Source: a virus (Duplodnaviria; Caudoviricetes). From it: a DNA stretch of 30,338 nucleotides. Under the pieces are notes generated by a model. That model saw nothing but the letters and a program-made list of their open reading frames with translations, had not been told where the DNA came from and searched no databases. Location: IMG/VR virus record IMGVR_UViG_3300009426_000024, positions 1 to 30,338 of that record. One strand, 5' to 3'. A program made the translations under genes and the position numbers. Shown here piece by piece: positions 25,187 to 30,338 of the stretch; position 1 is the stretch's first letter; every line of letters begins with the position of its first letter.

Positions 25187-25195
25187 TTAATTACC

Positions 25196-28100
25196 TTACA
25201 ATGAGTTTAATGAGTCGACAATGTCGATATCTTGTAGTGTTACGTCTGGGATGAACAATTCGTTGCTCTCTGGTGATATTTGAAATAAATCACCAAATAC
25301 GCTGCTAGTTTGAATAGGTGTGATTACAACGCTGCTAATAATACCTGGCATTTCTTGGTGAATGTATGCGCTCAACTCTGTAAAGTAGAACGTTTCACCG
25401 AAGTCCCAGTTATCAATATTGAAGAATTCATTAATTGCAATCAGTACACGTGATTTAATCTCATTATTTGTTAACGTTGTGCCTGTTACTTTCACAATTT
25501 TAAACCTACCCTGTACCTCTATGTCTGCTAATTCACCAAACAAAATCTTATATTCTGCTGGACGATATACCACACTGTCGCTGATTGCTTTCTTAGTTTC
25601 AATACTAGCAAACTGTTGGCCTAATTCAACCTCAGTAGGCGGAGACGGCTTTGTTGCTAGATTGCGCGTTCCTGCAATCCACTCTCGATATTTAGTATCA
25701 TAATTCTGGTTAAGAACGAAGATGTCAATAATATTTGACAAACTAGGATCGATTCGATATTTTGATGTTGATACGCGGCGCCATACAAAACTAAGGGCTT
25801 CACGTCCATTAACTTCCGTTCCAGTATCGCTGCGCACTGTGTAAGTAAAACCATCTTCAGTGACAGTGTTGAGATTGATACTATCGCTTCCTACCAGTGT
25901 AGAAAACGCTAGTGGGTTGTCTGGATAATTGTCATTATCAATATCAGCTAAGGTAACAATAACTTTTCGGTCATCTGTATAGCCGTCAGGCTCAGTATAG
26001 TAACGAAAGGTAAAGAATGGCAATGTTTCTTCAATTGGGTAAACACTTCCACCAGGGCGAGTATTTACTTTATTGATCAATATACGATCACGCTCTGGTT
26101 TGTTTGTATCTAAGTTGAAACGACGTGCGCCATTCTGATTATAAAAGCGGATTCGTTCATCACTACCAAATACATAACGTGTTCGGCGTGATATAAATCC
26201 CCAGGAACTTGCAGAATAATCTGCACGTATGATCCAGCTGTTATCTGTATTACTGTTACTTGCGTTGCCTGCATTATCTAGGCTGAAATTATCAGGACTA
26301 TTATCAGTAGCTGGAGAAAGATCACCTGCCTTAATAATAAACCACTGTCCTAGTTCACTGTCAAATCGTAATCCAAAAGTATTAAGTGAAACTAATTCAT
26401 CAATAATTGCTTCTCTTTCTTCTGAACTAAAAACAGTATGATAAGCTGGGAATATGCGACTGACACGGGCAGTGTTAGGGATAGCCTTGTTGAGAATAAC
26501 TGCACCCTGCCCACGTGAGGTAAGTCCTGTAGGGTTACCATTGCTGTCATTAACACCTTGGCCATCATTTGAAATGTCTACAATACGGGCCCAGCCACGT
26601 GATGCGCTAGTTGCTGTTGCTTCAACTTCTGCGCCGCTTCCGCTTCCGCCAGTAATTTCTACAACGACAGGATTTTGATATCCTGTACCGCCATTTGTTA
26701 GTGTTACTGTACCTAATTGTCCGGCAGTGATGGTAGCAGTTGCCGCCGCCCCTGTGCCTGTACCTTTAATAGTTACAGTAGGTGCGCTAGTAAATCCAGT
26801 TCCTGCGTTAACAATATTTAATGTGGAGCCTATTACTCCAAGTGTACCTGCATTGTATGGTGACTCTACAAACTCAACAATTGAGCCAGGGCGGGCAAGG
26901 TTCAGCTCATTAATTGCTGATGATCCAACTTTTTGTATTGTACCGTTACGTGTGATATATCCTGTTGATCCGCGGTAACCGCTTGTAATTTGCTGCCACT
27001 CATAGCTGCTACTGTTAACACTAAAGTCAACATCAGTTTCATTATATTTGTCGTAGAACAGATTAATAATCTCAGGATTTTCAATAAGGTCTGCTAAAAA
27101 CCGTTCAAATATCTGTTCACTTGTGAGTGTAGAAGGTAAGTCTAAGCTGCTACGGTATGTGATTCCATCAGTATAAATGTAGCCATCATCACTCACAATG
27201 TCTACATTTTGATATGTGCCTGTTGGATCGCGCGGCTTAATAAAGCGGCTGTGTCCTGTGTATGTACGGTTGATTGCTTTAATTTTCTTAACATTCTCGC
27301 TCACTGTAAGAGGATATACGCTGTAATCGCTAGCAGTAATCATACGATCTTGTGTAGCAAATACTCGCCCAGCATTGTTTTTAATGCTAGTAACACTTTC
27401 TTGGCTCGCAGCATTATTAACTGGCTCTTGTAATTCACAAGTAAAGGTGACACGATAAACGTTACCATCCTTTGCGTTGTAGTTATAGCCAAAGGTTGCA
27501 CTACCAATATCTTCAGGGTCCAATGTATAAGTCTGGTTTACACCATTTCTATACCAAATACGAATAATTCCACGTGGGATTTCGCTAAACACACCATCAC
27601 CAAATTGTACATTGATGTTGTCGTTCTCTACTGTCTTTACTGTATAAAGTTTGCGATTGTCCTGACGAATATTATTGAATACTGTATTAGCACCAAAGCC
27701 TGCATCAACTTTAGTCCAGGAGTCTTGTAATTCACCAGCACTATTAATTGCCTGCACCCAAATGTCGCTATTGTTAATATTTGTTGATTGCACATCTACT
27801 ATTAGATTACTAACCGCTTTGTCAGCGTTAATATCTGTAAATTGTAAGGTGCCCTGCTTAAATCCAACAAAGAAGCCTGTACTGTTGCTACCTAAGCCTT
27901 GTCCGTCATTCTTATAAACGAGGTCAAAGCTACTATTTGGATCTGGCTCTGTTTCTTGTAGTGTGTTCTTGGCTGTGTTTACTTCTAAGCTGTGGATTTC
28001 AAAAGCCTGGCGGGTACCATTAACTTCACCATTTATATTGTATGTTACATTTCTGTTGTCAACTACTTTAGTTGAGTAAATATCATTCTTGACATTTCCG

Positions 28101-28621
28101 ATTCGTGTGCTATTAGTAGGACGACCAAACTTATTGGTGTCACTCAAAACTTCATTCATAATTAACAAAAAGTTTTGGAAGTTATCTTCAAAATCAACTG
28201 CGGTATTTTTGAGGTTGTTGCCGTTTATATCAAAAACATTTTGTGTTGTGCGGATGCCTGTCACTTTAAGTTGGCCACGTGCAGGCTGATGTCTTGACGG
28301 CGTATATCCTAAAAAGTCAGCAATACGTAGAACACTACTGCGCCGCTCTGCAGTGCTAAGGAAGTTTTCACGTCCTGCTTGGTCAATTCGAAATGCTAAA
28401 CTGTGAGCAAGAAACGAAAGTGTCTCGATTAGAGCAACAAATTCACTACTTTGAATCCAGTCATTAAAATTTTCTGGATATTGCTGTTGGATATAATCTA
28501 CCAGCGCACCTCTAATTGTGTCATAGTCGTATGCTTGAAAATTTGCCTGCTTGAAGCTATCATAAACGATGCGATAATCTTCCGCCGCAAATAAATTTCT
28601 CTGTCTTACGCTTTGTGTCAT
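25196..28621 (-). CDS. gp6: Baseplate wedge subunit, T4 gp6-like (1141 aa)
   Basis: YDYDTIRGAL..Y.....PE.FND....SEF..LIE..........F..D....ENFL.TA.RR.SV.R.A..LGY.P; V.FGDGVF..IP.G...I.YR; ES..SIK.NA...F.TQDR.ITA.DY; C-terminal F....DFGE.FY..EL are gp6/baseplate-J signatures. Follows the gp25-like gene. Confidence 0.88.
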   Translation of the reverse strand: MTQSVRQRNLFAAEDYRIVYDSFKQANFQAYDYDTIRGALVDYIQQQYPENFNDWIQSSEFVALIETLSFLAHSLAFRIDQAGRENFLSTAERRSSVLRIADFLGYTPSRHQPARGQLKVTGIRTTQNVFDINGNNLKNTAVDFEDNFQNFLLIMNEVLSDTNKFGRPTNSTRIGNVKNDIYSTKVVDNRNVTYNINGEVNGTRQAFEIHSLEVNTAKNTLQETEPDPNSSFDLVYKNDGQGLGSNSTGFFVGFKQGTLQFTDINADKAVSNLIVDVQSTNINNSDIWVQAINSAGELQDSWTKVDAGFGANTVFNNIRQDNRKLYTVKTVENDNINVQFGDGVFSEIPRGIIRIWYRNGVNQTYTLDPEDIGSATFGYNYNAKDGNVYRVTFTCELQEPVNNAASQESVTSIKNNAGRVFATQDRMITASDYSVYPLTVSENVKKIKAINRTYTGHSRFIKPRDPTGTYQNVDIVSDDGYIYTDGITYRSSLDLPSTLTSEQIFERFLADLIENPEIINLFYDKYNETDVDFSVNSSSYEWQQITSGYRGSTGYITRNGTIQKVGSSAINELNLARPGSIVEFVESPYNAGTLGVIGSTLNIVNAGTGFTSAPTVTIKGTGTGAAATATITAGQLGTVTLTNGGTGYQNPVVVEITGGSGSGAEVEATATSASRGWARIVDISNDGQGVNDSNGNPTGLTSRGQGAVILNKAIPNTARVSRIFPAYHTVFSSEEREAIIDELVSLNTFGLRFDSELGQWFIIKAGDLSPATDNSPDNFSLDNAGNASNSNTDNSWIIRADYSASSWGFISRRTRYVFGSDERIRFYNQNGARRFNLDTNKPERDRILINKVNTRPGGSVYPIEETLPFFTFRYYTEPDGYTDDRKVIVTLADIDNDNYPDNPLAFSTLVGSDSINLNTVTEDGFTYTVRSDTGTEVNGREALSFVWRRVSTSKYRIDPSLSNIIDIFVLNQNYDTKYREWIAGTRNLATKPSPPTEVELGQQFASIETKKAISDSVVYRPAEYKILFGELADIEVQGRFKIVKVTGTTLTNNEIKSRVLIAINEFFNIDNWDFGETFYFTELSAYIHQEMPGIISSVVITPIQTSSVFGDLFQISPESNELFIPDVTLQDIDIVDSLNSL

Positions 28622-28624
28622 GCT

Positions 28625-28990
28625 TTAAATCTCTTCTGTTCCCGTGTACTCTAATAGTAGATCTTCTTGGCTCAAATCCGGTATATAACTGAGCTGGACT
28701 GTAATTGTAATACTCTGATCGCCAGTTGTGAGCTGATAATCTATTAGGTTCCATCTTGGATCCAAAGAAATGATTCTGCGAACGTCTTCGTCTGCTGCAT
28801 CAATAACAATTTGATCAAGAGGCTCAAAAACTAGTTCTGGCAGAATACTACCAAACTCTGGTTCGCCCAGGCGCTCTCCGCGCCGCGTGTAAAAATGGTT
28901 AAGTAAGTCGCGAACAGCCAGAGCTTTATCTTCTAGCGTCCTTGTGCCTGTTCGTTTACCGTATGTGCTGAAACCTAAAAATGTTGCCAT
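28625..28990 (-). CDS. gp25: Baseplate wedge subunit, T4 gp25-like (121 aa)
   Basis: DLLNHFYTRRGERLGEPEFGSIL..LVFEPLD....DV..II..DPR is the GPW/gp25 signature. Start re-called to ATG 28990 (MATFLGFST), immediately after a late box. Confidence 0.9.
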   Translation of the reverse strand: MATFLGFSTYGKRTGTRTLEDKALAVRDLLNHFYTRRGERLGEPEFGSILPELVFEPLDQIVIDAADEDVRRIISLDPRWNLIDYQLTTGDQSITITVQLSYIPDLSQEDLLLEYTGTEEI

Positions 28991-28995
28991 AATAG

Positions 28996-29003
28996 TATTT
29001 ATG
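28996..29003 (-). promoter_or_regulatory. Late-promoter-like CATAAATA, 5 nt from the gp25 start
   Basis: Minus strand reads CATAAATA-CTATT-ATG, with no room for an SD sequence. Confidence 0.7.
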
Positions 29004-29026
29004 TTGTAGGAAAGGTGCTTTTTTGG

Positions 29027-29055
29027 TTGACAAGCAAGGCGTTTTGCTGTAGATT
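29027..29055 (+). promoter_or_regulatory. Sigma70-type (early) promoter
   Basis: TTGACA (29027-32), 17-nt spacer, TAGATT (29050-55); AAAGGAGA RBS at 29068-75 before ATG 29082. Confidence 0.75.
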
Positions 29056-29081
29056 GATATTGTAAGCAAAGGAGATATGAC

Positions 29082-29234
29082 ATGCTAGATTTTGTAAAGT
29101 TTTTCGAAAAAGATATCGTAAGCGGCAAAGCCAAAAATGTTGGAGACAAATTTGTTGCGTTTTTCATGATTGGTAACATGGAATTTGAAGTTATTGAAGT
29201 TCACAATGATTGCTTTATTGGAAAGGCTATATAA
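29082..29234 (+). CDS. Small hypothetical protein (50 aa)
   Basis: Not in the ORF track: MLDFVKFFEKDIVSGKAKNVGDKFVAFFMIGNMEFEVIEVHNDCFIGKAI*. Strong RBS; its stop directly abuts the next ATG (TAAATG). Confidence 0.75.
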   Translation: MLDFVKFFEKDIVSGKAKNVGDKFVAFFMIGNMEFEVIEVHNDCFIGKAI

Positions 29235-29627
29235 ATGACACTTGTAATTCAAGCAAACCCCGCAGTAGACTATATCCAAGGCGATGGTGTTTACAAGTCA
29301 GGTGACACCATGGCGATGCCATTTGAATCTAAGCGTTACGGTACAATGTACCATCGTTTCCAAGTTGGCACAATTGCAGGACATGCCGAACAAGACGGTA
29401 AAGATGTTGATCAGGCTGTACAGGAATGTAACCAGAAAATGATTGACTTCCCATATATGGGTCACAAGCTGGCTTGGGCGTTTGGATTGGCGGTCACACT
29501 TACATCCGAGCCACGTGAAAAGCTAGTTATCAAGGCGCAAAGCTGGGACGACATCATTGAGTTGGATGGGAAGCGTTATTCCCTTAGCAAAGCAGCAAAC
29601 CAAAACGTGGCCCTTACAGAGATTTAA
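29235..29627 (+). CDS. Hypothetical protein (130 aa)
   Basis: Fills the gap between minus-strand genes, has GAAAGG upstream, is coupled to the 50-aa ORF, and has a globular-looking composition. Confidence 0.75.
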   Translation: MTLVIQANPAVDYIQGDGVYKSGDTMAMPFESKRYGTMYHRFQVGTIAGHAEQDGKDVDQAVQECNQKMIDFPYMGHKLAWAFGLAVTLTSEPREKLVIKAQSWDDIIELDGKRYSLSKAANQNVALTEI

Positions 29628-29641
29628 TATAGCTAAGTTAG

Positions 29642-30338
29642 CTAAGTGGTGGCCTGTGCCACCACTCTACGCTGTCTGACATCACTCATGCCTGGCAAAA
29701 ATGAGCCTAGCTGACGATAGTATACAAATTCTGTCTGTTTCTTAATGAAGTCATCCGTTATACCTGAGGTATATAATTTACGCAATCGTTGTATACCTGA
29801 CACCACCTGCATATCTCTATTTTTGTTGCTAGAATAATCTGCGAGCCGCATAACTCTTGCCTCTTTTTTACGGAGGTTAGGGTTCACATTTCCTCTAGCG
29901 ATAATGTCAGCAGCTAGTAACCAATTACCATTTTTAACTGCATCTGCTAGGTCGTATGTTCCCTCTTCAGCTTCAACGCGGCGCCAATCACCTGTATCAA
30001 TATAGAGGCTGAGTAGTGCGTCATATGATGTCTGTGTAATACCATTAATTGGTAGTTGCGCACGAAGCTTCCGCTGTTCATTGCGCAACCAACCTACCCA
30101 TTCAGCATACGCCTGTGATTCTGTATATCCTTGAACATCATCAACGTCACCAATACCATAACCAATTTCAATTAAACCTGAATCAGGGTTTACAGTTTTG
30201 CTGCCATTCCAAGTTTTTTCAGCCAGGATTACATCTATCATTTTTTCACTTACAATCGCAATTCCTTTGTTGATTATGAATTGTACTGCAAATTCATCTT
30301 GAATGGTAAATGTTTCCCACTGTATTCTTCTATTGGCG
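29642..30338 (-). CDS. GH24 / T4-lysozyme-like protein, possibly catalytically degenerate; 5' end beyond window
   Basis: The frame is open to the window edge (..ANRRIQWETFTIQDEFAVQFIINKGIAIVSEKMIDVIL..). IGYG, T.SQA, ITQ.SYDALLSL and LRKKEA motifs match the phage lysozyme scaffold; located next to baseplate genes. Confidence 0.7.
   Translation of the reverse strand, partial: ANRRIQWETFTIQDEFAVQFIINKGIAIVSEKMIDVILAEKTWNGSKTVNPDSGLIEIGYGIGDVDDVQGYTESQAYAEWVGWLRNEQRKLRAQLPINGITQTSYDALLSLYIDTGDWRRVEAEEGTYDLADAVKNGNWLLAADIIARGNVNPNLRKKEARVMRLADYSSNKNRDMQVVSGIQRLRKLYTSGITDDFIKKQTEFVYYRQLGSFLPGMSDVRQRRVVAQATT

Noticed and set aside
163-28289. Numerous 60-170 aa plus-strand ORFs and short alternate-frame minus-strand ORFs
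   Set aside because: They are antisense or frame shadows of long coding genes, with no RBS or recognisable motifs.
14153-28621. Intein, intron or stop-codon recoding in the very long ORFs
   Set aside because: No splice-junction or homing-endonuclease motifs were noticed. ORFs are intact in the standard code, and TAA, TGA and TAG all appear as apparent stops.
28991-29179. N-terminal extension of gp25 given in the ORF track (184 aa)
   Set aside because: It overlaps the divergent promoters and the 50-aa plus-strand gene; gp25 similarity starts at MATF (28990) right after the late box.
29630-29644. Inverted repeat as a bidirectional intrinsic terminator
   Set aside because: AT-rich stem, too small a loop and no U-tract on either side; mentioned only as a possible binding site.
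25196-30338. Bacterial tailocin / contractile injection system or eukaryote-derived C1q locus
   Set aside because: T4-type late boxes, an oversized gp6, the giant scaffold and phage fibre repeats indicate a lytic myophage. The C1q-like domains lack collagen stalks and signal peptides.

Overview
This window is a 30-kb segment of a large (probably jumbo) T4-superfamily-like myophage genome covering the baseplate and receptor-binding-protein (RBP) module, almost all on the minus strand. In transcription order (right to left) it contains: a GH24/T4-lysozyme-like gene cut by the window edge; an oppositely oriented two-gene cassette with a sigma70-type promoter; gp25-like and gp6-like baseplate wedge genes; a 3677-aa giant structural protein; a fibre/adapter gene; seven genes carrying 12 C1q/TNF-like domains; a second fibre/adapter gene; and a beta-helix tailspike-like gene, missing from the ORF track, that runs off the left edge. 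T4-late-type (T/C/A)ATAAATA boxes sit in several intergenic gaps. The most striking structure is that the 12 C1q-like domains fall into three sequence classes (A, B, C), always arranged as 'C at the end of one gene, A-B at the start of the next, joined by an ATGA overlap' (four times). This suggests split heterotrimeric C1q connectors that chain lectin-like adhesin modules together. Threefold-repeated short motifs in the giant protein and in one C1q protein, plus stop-overlapping mini-ORFs in five consecutive gaps, point to a modular, translationally coupled, branched RBP assembly system. All family assignments are by-eye motif recognition; no database search was run.
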